This document shows, piece after piece, positions 27,599-37,982 of a stretch of DNA of 64,000 nt. The position numbers and the translations under genes were made by a program. The number at the start of each line of letters is the position of its first letter. Position 1 is the first letter of the stretch. This DNA comes from Armatimonadota bacterium. Lineage in GTDB: Bacteria; Armatimonadota; SYMT01. The DNA is taken from NCBI GenBank assembly GCA_041690135.1, contig JAWLHY010000019.1:1-64000 (forward strand). The letters are read 5' to 3'. The notes under the pieces are model-generated. The model ran no database searches and was not told where the DNA came from. It was given only the letters and a program-made list of their open reading frames with translations.

Positions 27599-29473
27599 CT
27601 AACGCACCAATTCCTCGATCCGGGCCAGCACTTCGGCAATCTTGAACGGCTGCCCCTGCACCTTGTTGAGCTGCTCCACCTTGATCCCGAAGCGGCCGTT
27701 GATCAGCAGCGCCAGTTGTCCCATGTTCAGCTCGGCGACCAGCACCTTGCGGTACGATTGTAGCAGCGTGCCCAGGTTGCGCGGGAACGGGTTCAGGTAA
27801 CGCACATGGGCGTGAGCCACGGAATGACCCTTCGCCTGTGCGGCGGCCACGGCCGAGCGCAGTGCGCCGTAGGTGCCGCCCCAACCAATGACCAGCAGGT
27901 CGCCCTCTTCCGGACCGAACACCGGCTGGTCGGGGATCGTGTTCTGCAGCCGCTGGACCTTCTCCGCGCGGAGCTTGACCATGTGCTCGTGGTCCTGCGC
28001 CGTGTAGGAGACGTTGCCGGTGAGGTCCTGCTTGGCCAGGCCGCCGATGCGATGCTCCAGGCCCGGCGTGCCCGGCAGCGCCCAGGGGCGTCCGAGGGTC
28101 ACTTCGTCGCGCCCGTACGGCATGAAGTGCTCGGGGTCGGTCCGGTATTGCACGTCGATCGTGGGCAGGTCGTCCGGGTCCGGAATCCGCCATGGCTCGG
28201 AGCTGTTCGCCAGGTAGCCGTCGGAGAGGTAGACCACCGGGGTCATCGCGCGGACGGCAAAGCGGAACGCCTCGATCGCCATGGTGAAACAGTCGGCGGG
28301 GGTGCACGGCGCCACTACCGGGATGGGGCTTTCGCCGTTGCGCCCGAACATTACCTGGAGCAGGTCGGATTGTTCTGTCTTGGTGGGAAGCCCGGTACTC
28401 GGTCCGCCACGCTGGATATCGGCGATGACGACGGGCAATTCCAGAACGAGGGCCAGGTTCATGGCCTCACTCTTGAGACAGATGCCGGGACCGCTGGTGC
28501 CGGTGAGGGCAAAAGCGCCGCCGAACGCCGCTCCGATGGTCGCCCCGATGGCGGCGATCTCGTCCTCTGCCTGGAAGGTCCGCACGTCGAAGTGCTTCAG
28601 CGCGGCCAGGTAGTGGAGGATGTCCGATGCGGGCGTAATCGGATAGGTACCGTAGAAGAGGGACTTGTCCGCCTTGTGCGCGGCGGTGACGAACCCCAGG
28701 GCCGCCGCCTCGTTGCCGGTCACCTTGCGGTAGACCCCCGGTTCCACCTGGGAGACCCGCGGGACCCGGTAGCGGTTGTAGAACACCTCGGCCGTCTCGC
28801 CGTAGTTGTAACCCGCCTTGAGAGAGCGCGTATTTGCTTCGGCGACTTCCGGCTTATTACCGAACTTCTCGTTGATCCACTGCAGGGTATTGTCCAGGCT
28901 GCGGTCGTACAACCAGAAGGTGAGCCCCAGGGCGAAGAAGTTCTTGCAGCGGTCCTTCTCCTTGTTCCCCAGGCCGCCGATGCCGTCCAGGGCATTGCGG
29001 TTCATGGTGGTGAGGGGCACCTGGTACAGCCGATAGCCGTTGAGGGAGCCGTCCTCGCGCGGGTCCACCGTGTAGCCGGCCTTCTTCAGGTTGCCTGCGG
29101 TGAACTCATCGCTGTTCAGGATCACGATCCCGCCCGCCTCCACGTCCTTCAGATTCGCTTTGAGGGCGGCGGGGTTCATCGCCACCAGCACCTGTGGGGC
29201 ATCCCCCGGAGTGAAGATGTCCTGGCTGGAGATGTTGACCTGGAAACCGGAAACACCGGCCAGGGTTCCGGCGGGGGCGCGGATTTCCGCGGGAAAGTCG
29301 GGGAAGGTGCTGACGTCGTTGCCCAACACCGCGGACGTATTGGTAAATTGAGTGCCCGTAAGCTGCATACCGTCGCCGGAGTCTCCCGCAAAGCGGATCG
29401 CAACGGACTCGAGCTCCTCAATGACAACCTGGTCCTGCGGTGTACTCGCAGGCAGGACCGAGATCTCGGACAT
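27599..29473 (-). CDS. korA: 2-oxoacid:ferredoxin oxidoreductase, alpha subunit (gamma-alpha fused)
   Basis: [27 protein letters not shown] and [12 protein letters not shown]; ATG at 29473. Confidence 0.92.
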   Translation of the reverse strand: MSEISVLPASTPQDQVVIEELESVAIRFAGDSGDGMQLTGTQFTNTSAVLGNDVSTFPDFPAEIRAPAGTLAGVSGFQVNISSQDIFTPGDAPQVLVAMNPAALKANLKDVEAGGIVILNSDEFTAGNLKKAGYTVDPREDGSLNGYRLYQVPLTTMNRNALDGIGGLGNKEKDRCKNFFALGLTFWLYDRSLDNTLQWINEKFGNKPEVAEANTRSLKAGYNYGETAEVFYNRYRVPRVSQVEPGVYRKVTGNEAAALGFVTAAHKADKSLFYGTYPITPASDILHYLAALKHFDVRTFQAEDEIAAIGATIGAAFGGAFALTGTSGPGICLKSEAMNLALVLELPVVIADIQRGGPSTGLPTKTEQSDLLQVMFGRNGESPIPVVAPCTPADCFTMAIEAFRFAVRAMTPVVYLSDGYLANSSEPWRIPDPDDLPTIDVQYRTDPEHFMPYGRDEVTLGRPWALPGTPGLEHRIGGLAKQDLTGNVSYTAQDHEHMVKLRAEKVQRLQNTIPDQPVFGPEEGDLLVIGWGGTYGALRSAVAAAQAKGHSVAHAHVRYLNPFPRNLGTLLQSYRKVLVAELNMGQLALLINGRFGIKVEQLNKVQGQPFKIAEVLARIEELVR

Positions 29474-29754
29474 GGGTCTTCCTCTCCTGCAGGGGCGCGG
29501 GCGTGCTGGAATCGGTCCGAACCTGGGCCGGTGGAGACGCTCACGCAAAACAACACCCGAGTCCAAGCGGCCCGGGTCTGCATCCATTAAATCTTCGGCT
29601 TCTTCGGAGGCGTTACTCCGGGGGAGATGGCGTCCTGTAGTTCTATCTCAAATCTATCGGCAAACACGCCGGTGGGTAACGCCCGCCGGTGTGGAGTATT
29701 TTAGGTGGTGGGCGACGATCTGTCACTCCCCCGCAGGGAAAGGTGAGCGCGAGC

Positions 29755-31440
29755 GTGAGTAAGAAAGAACTGGGTCGGATCCCGTGGCTGTGGGCGGTCA
29801 CGGTGATGGCGGTGACCTGTATTCCCTACCTGGTCGTCTGGTTTCCCACGCCGCTTCAGCACCTCTTCCCGCTCGTCCTATTCAACTCGGACGATCACGG
29901 CGTCTACTTCGCGTGGATGCGGCAGGCGGAAGACGGGAAGCTCCTGTTCCGCAATCTGTTCACCAACGAGGCGCAGCGGGGCATCTATCTGCACGCCTAC
30001 TTCATGGCCCTCGGCCAGTTGGCGCGGCTGCCGGGAATCGATGTTCCCCTCGCCTATCACCTGGGGCGGTTCTTCTTTGGCGTTGTCACGCTGGCGCTCG
30101 TCTATCGACTCGCATCGCTGTTCACGGAAGACCGGTTCGAGCGGGGCTGTATCTTCTGGGTAACGGCCCTCTCCGGGGGCCTGGGATGGCTGCTCTGGCG
30201 TGACCGCGAGATCCAGGGCGCGCCAGTGGACGTGTGGCAGCCGGAGGCCCTGACTTTCCCCAGCCTCTACATGAACGGACTCTTCTGCGTCTCCTTCGCG
30301 CTGATGCTGGGTTTCGTGGTCTGTCTCCTGCTCGCGGAGACGCGCGGAATCCGCTGGGCCGTGGGGGCGGGGTTGTGCGGGCTGGTGCTGGGGAACATCC
30401 ACTCGTACGACGTCATCCACCTCGCCCTGGTCTGGTGCGCCTATCTCGCCGCCAAGGGAATCGCGCTGCGCCGCTTCCCCACCCGGGAGTTCGGGTTGGC
30501 CTGTGTCGCGGGGCTGCTGACGCTTCCCTCGGTGGCCCACATGGCCTGGTTCTACCAGACCGAGCCGGTGTTCAAGGCTCGCGCCGATACGGCGACGTGG
30601 TCCCCCCACCCCCTCAAGTACGTGCTGGGATACGGCCTTTTGATCCCGCTTGCTATCTGGGGCGGACGTCTCCTGGTGCGGAGGAACTCCGGAACCACTG
30701 AAGGCTCGGAAGAGAGGAATACACGGTGGTTGCTTCCGGTGGCGTGGGCGGTGGCGGGAATAACGGCCGCCTATCTGCCGTTCGCCTTCCAGCGGAAGAT
30801 GATCATGGGGTATCACTTCCCCCTGGCGCTGCTGGCGGGGCTGGCCCTCGCGGAACTGGCCCGGAGAGCCGCTCCGCGCCTCCGGCTTTCCGGCTCGCGA
30901 GCTCCGGTCCTGGTGGCGGGGGTATGCGTCGCATTGCTCTCGATCAGTAACGTGCGGTACCTGGTCCGTGACGTCCAATTGGCCTTCACGGAAGGGGTGA
31001 CCAGTACCGGCATCCATCCGGTCTACTGGCAAGAGGGGCTGCTCCGTGCTTTCCGGTGGATGGGCAAGAACACCGGCGAGGACGCGGTGCTCCTGACCTT
31101 CCCCCTCAATGGCGTGATGGCGCCGGCGTATAGCGGCCGGACGGTCTACGCCGGCCACTGGGGGGAGACCCCGTCGTTTGAGGAGAAGGTGCGGGAAGGT
31201 CGAGCCTTCTACGGCGGGAAATGGAGCAGCGCGGAACGCCTCCTGTTTCTCCGCGACCGGGGAATTACGCACGTGCTGGTCGGTCGCATGGAGCGTCAGA
31301 TCAGCGAGATGTCCCCCCAGGGGATGCCTCTAAGCCACGAACCGTTTCTCCGCCCCGTGTTCCGGGAGGGAGAAACGGTCCTGTTCGAAGTGATCGAACC
31401 TACAGCAGCAACCGCGCCGGGTTCTCCAGGAGCTCCTTGA
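29755..31440 (+). CDS. Polytopic membrane protein, GT-C-fold glycosyltransferase-like
   Basis: Many hydrophobic helices; acidic motif NSDDHGVY after the first TM helix; C-terminal soluble domain (YAGHWGET, GITHV); start uncertain (29689-29755). Confidence 0.6.
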   Translation: MSKKELGRIPWLWAVTVMAVTCIPYLVVWFPTPLQHLFPLVLFNSDDHGVYFAWMRQAEDGKLLFRNLFTNEAQRGIYLHAYFMALGQLARLPGIDVPLAYHLGRFFFGVVTLALVYRLASLFTEDRFERGCIFWVTALSGGLGWLLWRDREIQGAPVDVWQPEALTFPSLYMNGLFCVSFALMLGFVVCLLLAETRGIRWAVGAGLCGLVLGNIHSYDVIHLALVWCAYLAAKGIALRRFPTREFGLACVAGLLTLPSVAHMAWFYQTEPVFKARADTATWSPHPLKYVLGYGLLIPLAIWGGRLLVRRNSGTTEGSEERNTRWLLPVAWAVAGITAAYLPFAFQRKMIMGYHFPLALLAGLALAELARRAAPRLRLSGSRAPVLVAGVCVALLSISNVRYLVRDVQLAFTEGVTSTGIHPVYWQEGLLRAFRWMGKNTGEDAVLLTFPLNGVMAPAYSGRTVYAGHWGETPSFEEKVREGRAFYGGKWSSAERLLFLRDRGITHVLVGRMERQISEMSPQGMPLSHEPFLRPVFREGETVLFEVIEPTAATAPGSPGAP

Positions 31441-32788
31441 CGAGGGAGAGGAACCGGGAGCCCGGCGCGCCGTCCAGGGCGCGGTGGTCGAAGGTAAGGG
31501 TGAGGGTCATCATCGGGCGAACGGCCGGAGCGCCATTGACCGCGACGATCCGGTCCTGGATCTGCCCGACCCCCAGGATCGCCACCTGGGGCGGGTTGAT
31601 GATCGGGTCGAAGCTGTCGATGCCGAACTGGCCCAGGTTGGTGATGGTGAAGGTGCCGTCCGCGAACGCATCCGGGGGAAGTGTTTTGTTGCGCGCACCC
31701 TTCGCGGCGTCCTGGATCGCCAGGCTCAGATCGGTCAGGTGCAGCGACTCCGCCTCGCGAACCACGGGCACCGTCAGGCCGTCTTCCAGGGCCACGGCGA
31801 TCCCGAGGTTGACGTGCGGGTGCACGCGTACCACGTCGTTCTCCAGCGTGGCATTGAGGCTGGGCTGCGCGATGAGCGCCTGCACCACCGCCATGGCGAT
31901 CAGGTCGGTGTAGGTGAGGCGGGCCCCGGTGGCTTCCAGCGCCGGCTTGAGCTGGCGCCGCAGTTCAGCGGCTGCCGACATATCGGCATCGACCCGCAGC
32001 GGCACGTGGACCGCCTGCTGATAGCTGCCGGAAAGCCGGCCGGCAATCACTTTCCGCATCCCCTGCAGGCGGGTTTCGCTGGCCGGGAGAAGCACGCGCT
32101 TGCGACGCCCGGCCACGCGCCGCACGTCGTCCGCGGTGACCCGACCGGCGGGTCCGCTGCCCACCACGTCCTCCATCGAAACGCCCAGGTCGGCGGCGAT
32201 CTTGGCGGCCAGCGGCGTAGGCTGCGGCTCACGGTCCGGCCCCTGCTTCTGGATGAACGCGAGGATGTCGCGCTCGACGATCATCCCCTCAAAGCCGGTG
32301 CCGGGAACATCCAGCGCCTTCCAGGAGAGACCCGCCTCCAGGGCGGCTTCACGGGCGCGAGGCGAGACGCTGGGGAACGGTTCTCCGTTCGGAGCGATCT
32401 CCGTCTCGGACTCGGTACTCCCGGTAGGCATGGTGGGAGCCGAAGGTGCGGCGGGAGTGAGGAGGGTGCCCAACTCCGGTTCGGTCGGAACCGGCGCGGT
32501 TGCAGCGCCCGGCGACTGAAGCGTGGCCAGGATAGCGGAGATGTCCTCGTCGGCCGTCCCGATGATGGCGACCGGCGCCCCGATGGGAATAACGTCGCCC
32601 TCATTGGCCAGACGCTTCCGAAGCACGCCGCTGTAGCCGGGTTCGACTTCCATGTCGATCTTGTCGGTCATCATCTCGACGATGCCCTCCCAGCTCTCTA
32701 CCGCGTCGCCCTCCTGCTTCAGCCACTTCAGGATGGTCCCTTCGGTCATCGTCTGGCCCATCTTGGGCAGGTAAAAGATCTCCGCCAT
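31400..32788 (-). CDS. 2-oxoacid dehydrogenase E2 (dihydrolipoamide acyltransferase)
   Basis: Lipoyl domain TDKI, two peripheral-subunit-binding repeats (SPRAR, TPLAAKIA), catalytic DHRALDGA. Confidence 0.93.
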   Translation of the reverse strand: MAEIFYLPKMGQTMTEGTILKWLKQEGDAVESWEGIVEMMTDKIDMEVEPGYSGVLRKRLANEGDVIPIGAPVAIIGTADEDISAILATLQSPGAATAPVPTEPELGTLLTPAAPSAPTMPTGSTESETEIAPNGEPFPSVSPRAREAALEAGLSWKALDVPGTGFEGMIVERDILAFIQKQGPDREPQPTPLAAKIAADLGVSMEDVVGSGPAGRVTADDVRRVAGRRKRVLLPASETRLQGMRKVIAGRLSGSYQQAVHVPLRVDADMSAAAELRRQLKPALEATGARLTYTDLIAMAVVQALIAQPSLNATLENDVVRVHPHVNLGIAVALEDGLTVPVVREAESLHLTDLSLAIQDAAKGARNKTLPPDAFADGTFTITNLGQFGIDSFDPIINPPQVAILGVGQIQDRIVAVNGAPAVRPMMTLTLTFDHRALDGAPGSRFLSLVKELLENPARLLL

Positions 32789-33089
32789 CGTCCGCTCGAC
32801 CCTCGCTGTTCTGCTTCTATCCGGCGCTAAAGTGGTATCTCAACGGGCACCCCGGCGGCCACTCCGCCGCTCGACTCCGGGTAGTCCCTATACCGCGGTT
32901 CCCCATCGCGCTGCCCGGCTCCTCCACGGGTTGCCGGGTCTACGCGTGCTCCATAGGCAGGCCCATCGACCGGCTCCGGGAATGTTTGTCGTGTCGCGTT
33001 TAACGGGGTAATGCTGAGACGGTGTTGTCTGGACATCGAACCGCCGCGTACACTGGCGTGACCCGGACAACAGGCAAGCACACGCGACC

Positions 33090-34721
33090 ATGCTTCGACC
33101 GAAATTCATCCTTCCATTGGCGGCTCTCCTGGCGTTGATCGGTCTGATCGTCGTGCAAATGCAGCCGCCGACCGTCCGCATGGCAACGGCGGAGACGGGA
33201 CGGGTAGTCGACGTCGTCTATGCCACGGGCAACGTTCGTCCGGATACTGAGACCAAGGTAGCGGCCGAAGTGGCGGGCCGGATCGTGGAGCTCCTCGCGG
33301 ACGAGGGAGACCGGGTGCGATTCGGACAGGTGGTGGCCCGCCTGGACGATACGGAAGCGAGGATCCGGCTTCGGGAGGCGGAGAACCGCCTGGAGACGGT
33401 GCGCGCCCGCGTGCGCCAGGCCGAGGCGCCGACGGACCCGTACAACATCCAGCAACTGGAAGCCCAACTCCGGGCCGCCGTGGCGAGGGCGCGCGCCGCG
33501 GAAGAGCGCGTTGGAGCGGCAGGGGACCGAATCGAGACTGCGCGCAGCAGTGCTCGCGCCGTAGGGACGACCGTTGAAGGTGCGCAGGCGAAAGCTCGCG
33601 CCATGCGGAGCGCCGCCACTGCGGCCCAGAACGAGATTGACGCTGCCCGTCAGCGCGCCGAAGCCGCCGCCTCGGATGTAAACCAGGCCCGGGCCAACCT
33701 GGAAGCGGCTCGTGACCTGTACCGGAGGCGGGCACAGCTCCTGCGGGAGGGGGCGATCGCAGAGCGCATGGTTACCGAGGCGCGGACCGCAATGAATGCC
33801 GCGGAGGCCGCGGTGAAAGCCGCGCAAAACCGGCAGCAGGCCGCGGAGCAAACGGTCCAGACGGCGCGGGCCAACGCCGCTGCGGCGCAGGCGCAGTATG
33901 AAGATGCCATGGCGGCAATCGAGACGGCACGGGCCAACACCGCCGCGGCCCAGTCCCAGGTCCAGGAAGCAGCCAGCGGCGTCTCGGAACTGGACCGCCA
34001 GGTAGAAGCCGCTCAACAGGAGGTAGAAGCGATCCGGAGCCAGCTCGAACAGGCGCGCCGAGGTCAGCGGAGTGTGGACATCGAACCGATCCGGACGGAG
34101 CTCCGCACGGCAGAGTCGGCGGTCGCCCAGGCGCGGCAGGACCTGGTTCAGTTTACCATTACGGCACCGGTCGCGGGCCGCGTCACGGAACGGCCCGTCG
34201 ATCCGGGGGATTACGTCGCCTCGGGCAACCGGGTCATGACCATCGCGAACGAAGACCGGGTCTACGTGCGTGCCGACGTCGACGAAGCAGATATCGCCCA
34301 GGTGCGAGTCGGGGCGGAGGCGCGCTTCCAGGTAGATGCCCGGCCCGAAGTGACCTACACCGGCCGCGTCGCCCGGATCGGGGACGCCGCGGACCCGAGC
34401 ACCAAGACTTACCCCGTGGAGATTCGCAGGCTTTCGACGACCCAGGGTCTGCGCATCGGCATGACGGCGGACGTCAACATCCAGGGGCGGGTCACTCCGG
34501 ACGCGGTGCTGGTACCGACCTCGGCGCTCCAGACCGAAGAAGAGCGGATCGTCGTCTGGACGGTCGACGCGGAGGGGCGCGTCCACAAGCGCCCGGTCCG
34601 GATCAAGGCGCAGGATGCGAACACGGCGCAGATCGTTTCCGGATTGATCCCTGGGGAACGAGTGGTATTGAACCCGAGCGGGAAGCTCCAGGAAGGGCGG
34701 CGCGTCCGCGTCGAGCGGTAG
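33090..34721 (+). CDS. Periplasmic adaptor (HlyD/MacA family) with a very long coiled coil
   Basis: N-terminal anchor; lipoyl-like halves VAGRIVEL..EGDRV and ITAPVAGRV; Ala/Gln-rich heptads in between. Confidence 0.9.
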   Translation: MLRPKFILPLAALLALIGLIVVQMQPPTVRMATAETGRVVDVVYATGNVRPDTETKVAAEVAGRIVELLADEGDRVRFGQVVARLDDTEARIRLREAENRLETVRARVRQAEAPTDPYNIQQLEAQLRAAVARARAAEERVGAAGDRIETARSSARAVGTTVEGAQAKARAMRSAATAAQNEIDAARQRAEAAASDVNQARANLEAARDLYRRRAQLLREGAIAERMVTEARTAMNAAEAAVKAAQNRQQAAEQTVQTARANAAAAQAQYEDAMAAIETARANTAAAQSQVQEAASGVSELDRQVEAAQQEVEAIRSQLEQARRGQRSVDIEPIRTELRTAESAVAQARQDLVQFTITAPVAGRVTERPVDPGDYVASGNRVMTIANEDRVYVRADVDEADIAQVRVGAEARFQVDARPEVTYTGRVARIGDAADPSTKTYPVEIRRLSTTQGLRIGMTADVNIQGRVTPDAVLVPTSALQTEEERIVVWTVDAEGRVHKRPVRIKAQDANTAQIVSGLIPGERVVLNPSGKLQEGRRVRVER

Positions 34722-34726
34722 TCACC

Positions 34727-36007
34727 ATGGGGATCGTGTTTTCGATTGCGGTTCGTTACCTCTTCGGTCGGGTGCGACAGAGCCTCCTGACGGTAGGAGG
34801 AATTGTGATCGGGGTGCTGGCCCTCACGGTAATCCAGGCGATGATGGGCGGCTTCCGCGCCAATTTCGTTGATAGCATGCTGGGAGCCTCGCCTCACATC
34901 ACCGTCCGCCGGAAGTCGATCCAGGCCTTCGATCCGGCCTCCCCCACCCGCGACGCGCTGCGGCGGCTGCAGGACCCGTTCATCGTACAGCTATCCCGCC
35001 CGCCCTTACCGGACGAGGAAGAAGAGATCCGCAGTCCCTCAACGGTAGAAGAAGCGATCCGGCAAGTACCCGGCGTGACCGTTACGGCTCCCATGGTCGG
35101 GGGCCAGGTGCTCTTCGGATTTTCCGGTAACTGGGAGCCCGTAAGCCTGAACGGAATACTCCCCTCGCGCCAGGCCCGGCTTCTCGACTTCGCGAGCAAG
35201 GTGATTGAAGGGAATCCGGAGGACCTGGAACGGAACCAGTCCGGCGTGATCCTCGGGCGGATCCTGGCGGAACGGATGCGCGTGGGTGTCGGCGACCGGG
35301 TCACGGCCCGCGCGGAAGACGGAGCGCTCACCAGTCTCCGGATCGTGGGCCTTTATGCGTCCGGCATTTACGACGTCGACAACTCCACCGCCTATGTCAA
35401 CCTGCGGCGCGGGCAATCGCTGCTCGGCCTGGGCAGCACGGTCAACACCATCGGCGTGCGCACCACGGATTACGAAGCCGCCGACGAGACCGCGCGCCGG
35501 ATCGAGTACGCAATCGGGATGGAGGCCGAGAGCTGGATGGAGGCGAGCGCGAATAACCTGGGTCTCCTCCGGATGATTACCACCGTGATGTATCTCGTGA
35601 CGTTCTTCACGATGACGGTGGCCGGCTTCGGGATCGCGGGGAATCTGGTGACCACGGTCAGCGAGAAGACGTTCGATATCGGCGTGCTTAAGGCGATGGG
35701 GATGAAGTCGCGCGAAATCAGCCTGGTTTTTCTCACGCTGGCGCTACTGATGGTGATCATCGGGCTGGGCCTGGGGCTGGTGCTTTCTTACTTCGCGGTG
35801 GAAGGAATTTCTCGCATCCCCAGTGCTTCCCGTGAGGTCCCCGGCGCGATTGTGTCGAGTTCCACCTTCCCGATGATGAAGTCCACCAGTATGTACGTGA
35901 TCTCGGCCGGGTTCGCCCTCGTAATCGGGATGGCGGCCGGTTTCTCGCCGGCGGTGCGGGCGGCGCGCCTCGAACCCCTGAACATCATCAGGAACGCGGC
36001 CGGATGA
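34727..36007 (+). CDS. MacB/FtsX/LolC-E family ABC permease
   Basis: One TM helix, periplasmic domain, then three TM helices; EKTFDIGVLKAMG. Confidence 0.9.
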   Translation: MGIVFSIAVRYLFGRVRQSLLTVGGIVIGVLALTVIQAMMGGFRANFVDSMLGASPHITVRRKSIQAFDPASPTRDALRRLQDPFIVQLSRPPLPDEEEEIRSPSTVEEAIRQVPGVTVTAPMVGGQVLFGFSGNWEPVSLNGILPSRQARLLDFASKVIEGNPEDLERNQSGVILGRILAERMRVGVGDRVTARAEDGALTSLRIVGLYASGIYDVDNSTAYVNLRRGQSLLGLGSTVNTIGVRTTDYEAADETARRIEYAIGMEAESWMEASANNLGLLRMITTVMYLVTFFTMTVAGFGIAGNLVTTVSEKTFDIGVLKAMGMKSREISLVFLTLALLMVIIGLGLGLVLSYFAVEGISRIPSASREVPGAIVSSSTFPMMKSTSMYVISAGFALVIGMAAGFSPAVRAARLEPLNIIRNAAG

Positions 36008-37263
36008 AGGGACTGCGCTTTACCCTCTTCGTGGCGCTGCGACACATCCGCATGCGCGTACGGTCGACACTGCTGATCCTTCTCGGGGTGAGCCTGGGTG
36101 TGTTCGTGATGGTGGTGATGCAGTCGATGATGTTCGGCTTCCAGGCCGAGTTCATGCGAATTCTACTGACGACCACACCCAGCATCCTGGTGAAGGGCCG
36201 CGAGCGCGGAACCATCAGCGAGGGGCGCATCTACACCAGCCGGCCGGGAACCCTTTACGACCAGACCCGCCTGAAGCCGATCGAGAAGGAAGAAGGGATC
36301 CGGGCCTACCGCACCTTGAGTCGTGAGATCGAGGCGATACCCGGCGTGCAGGCCGTAGCCCCCATCGTGCAGGGGCGGGCCATTCTCCGCTACGGGACCC
36401 GGGACCGCGGCGCGAACGTCATTGGGGTGGATGCTCCGGATTACGACCGGGTGGTAGAGTTCCGCTCCAAGGTCATCGGCGACGTCGACGAGCTGATCCG
36501 CCGGCGTGACGGGGTGATCCTGGGAGTCTTCCTCGCGGAGGAGTTGGGGGCCGTTCCCGGTACGCGGATCCGGATGATCGGGGTGGAAGGACAGGAAGCC
36601 GACCTGCGGATCGTGGCGCTGTTCCGGAGCGGGATCACCGCCATCGACAAGACCTACGCCTTCGTCAACCTGCCGATGGGGCAGTCGATCCTGGACTACC
36701 CAACGGCGGCAACGGGCATCGCCGTGAAGGTGAGCGACCCTGACCGCGCCACTCCGATCGCCCGCCGGGTGGAGTTCGTCACCGGGCTCGAGAGCCAGAG
36801 TTGGCAGGAAATCAACGCGGTGTTCTTTGGGATCATGCGGCAACAGAACGTGATCACCTTCGGCGCCGTGGCCATGACGATCCTGGTTGCCGGGTTCGGG
36901 GTGGCGAACGGACTGGTGACCGTGGTGCTGGAGAAGCGCCGCGACATCGGCATCCTCCGGTCCCTGGGCGTCACGGCGCGCGGCGTGGCGGCGATCTTCA
37001 CGGTGGAGGGCATTATCATCGGTATTCTGGGAGCCATCGTGGGCGTGGCGCTGGGGGCCGTGTGGGTGGATATCATGGACGACCTCCCGATTGGCGGGCG
37101 CGGAGGGCTCTCTACCAGCGACACCTTCCTGATGCTCCGCGAGCCGGCGGTCTACATCCGCTCGATCGTCTTCGCCTTGATCGTGAGCACCGCTGCCAGT
37201 CTGGCCCCGGCGCTCCGGGCCGCGAAGTACGATCCCGTGGAAATCATCAGGACCGCGAAGTGA
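36004..37263 (+). CDS. MacB/FtsX/LolC-E family ABC permease
   Basis: Paralog of the preceding gene; EKRRDIGILRSLG and PALRAAKYDPVEIIR. Confidence 0.9.
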   Translation: MKGLRFTLFVALRHIRMRVRSTLLILLGVSLGVFVMVVMQSMMFGFQAEFMRILLTTTPSILVKGRERGTISEGRIYTSRPGTLYDQTRLKPIEKEEGIRAYRTLSREIEAIPGVQAVAPIVQGRAILRYGTRDRGANVIGVDAPDYDRVVEFRSKVIGDVDELIRRRDGVILGVFLAEELGAVPGTRIRMIGVEGQEADLRIVALFRSGITAIDKTYAFVNLPMGQSILDYPTAATGIAVKVSDPDRATPIARRVEFVTGLESQSWQEINAVFFGIMRQQNVITFGAVAMTILVAGFGVANGLVTVVLEKRRDIGILRSLGVTARGVAAIFTVEGIIIGILGAIVGVALGAVWVDIMDDLPIGGRGGLSTSDTFLMLREPAVYIRSIVFALIVSTAASLAPALRAAKYDPVEIIRTAK

Positions 37264-37982
37264 TGAGCGAACCCGTGCTGGAAGCGAGCGTCCTTGCGGC
37301 GCGGGACCTGAAGAAGGTCTTCGACGAGCAGGTTCCGGTGGAGGTGCTGAAGGGGATCACCCTGGATTTTCCGCGCGGGCAGTTCGCCTCGATCGTGGGA
37401 CCGAGCGGCAGCGGCAAGAGCACGCTCCTCTACATCCTGGGAGCCCTGGACCGTCCCACCTCCGGTTCGTTGAGTATCGGAGGGCGGGTCGTGGATACGA
37501 TGACGCAGAACCAGTTGGCAGACTTGCGGAACGAGATGATCGGCTTCGTCTTCCAGTTCCACTTCCTCCTGCCGGAGTTCACGGCTCTGGAGAACGCCAT
37601 CATGCCCGCGTTGATCGGGGGAACTCGCCGGGAGGACGTGGAATCCCGCGGCCTGGAGTTGCTCGACCGGGTGGGCCTGAAGCACAAGGCCCAGCAGCGC
37701 AGCACCAAACTCTCCGGCGGCGAGCAGCAGCGCGTGGCCATTGCCCGTGCGTTGATCAACCGGCCGGCCCTTGTGCTCTGTGACGAGCCGACCGGCAACC
37801 TGGATACCCGCAACAGCGAGGCCGTTTACCGCCTCTTCCGGGAACTGAACCAGGAAAACCGCCAGACCATCATCGTAGTAACGCACGACCCGGACTTTGC
37901 CGGCCGCACGGACCGTACGGTCCGCCTCGTGGACGGTCTGGTGGACCAGGATCAGCTCAATGAAGTCCCTCCGGGTGGGTAG
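37263..37982 (+). CDS. ABC ATP-binding protein, LolD/MacB-like
   Basis: ATG at 37263 overlaps the upstream TGA; [17 protein letters not shown] and DEPTGNLD. Confidence 0.93.
   Translation: MSEPVLEASVLAARDLKKVFDEQVPVEVLKGITLDFPRGQFASIVGPSGSGKSTLLYILGALDRPTSGSLSIGGRVVDTMTQNQLADLRNEMIGFVFQFHFLLPEFTALENAIMPALIGGTRREDVESRGLELLDRVGLKHKAQQRSTKLSGGEQQRVAIARALINRPALVLCDEPTGNLDTRNSEAVYRLFRELNQENRQTIIVVTHDPDFAGRTDRTVRLVDGLVDQDQLNEVPPGG

Noticed and set aside
36801-37262. N-terminal extension of the ABC ATPase in the ORF track
   Set aside because: It overlaps the permease in another frame; the real start is the coupled ATG at 37263.
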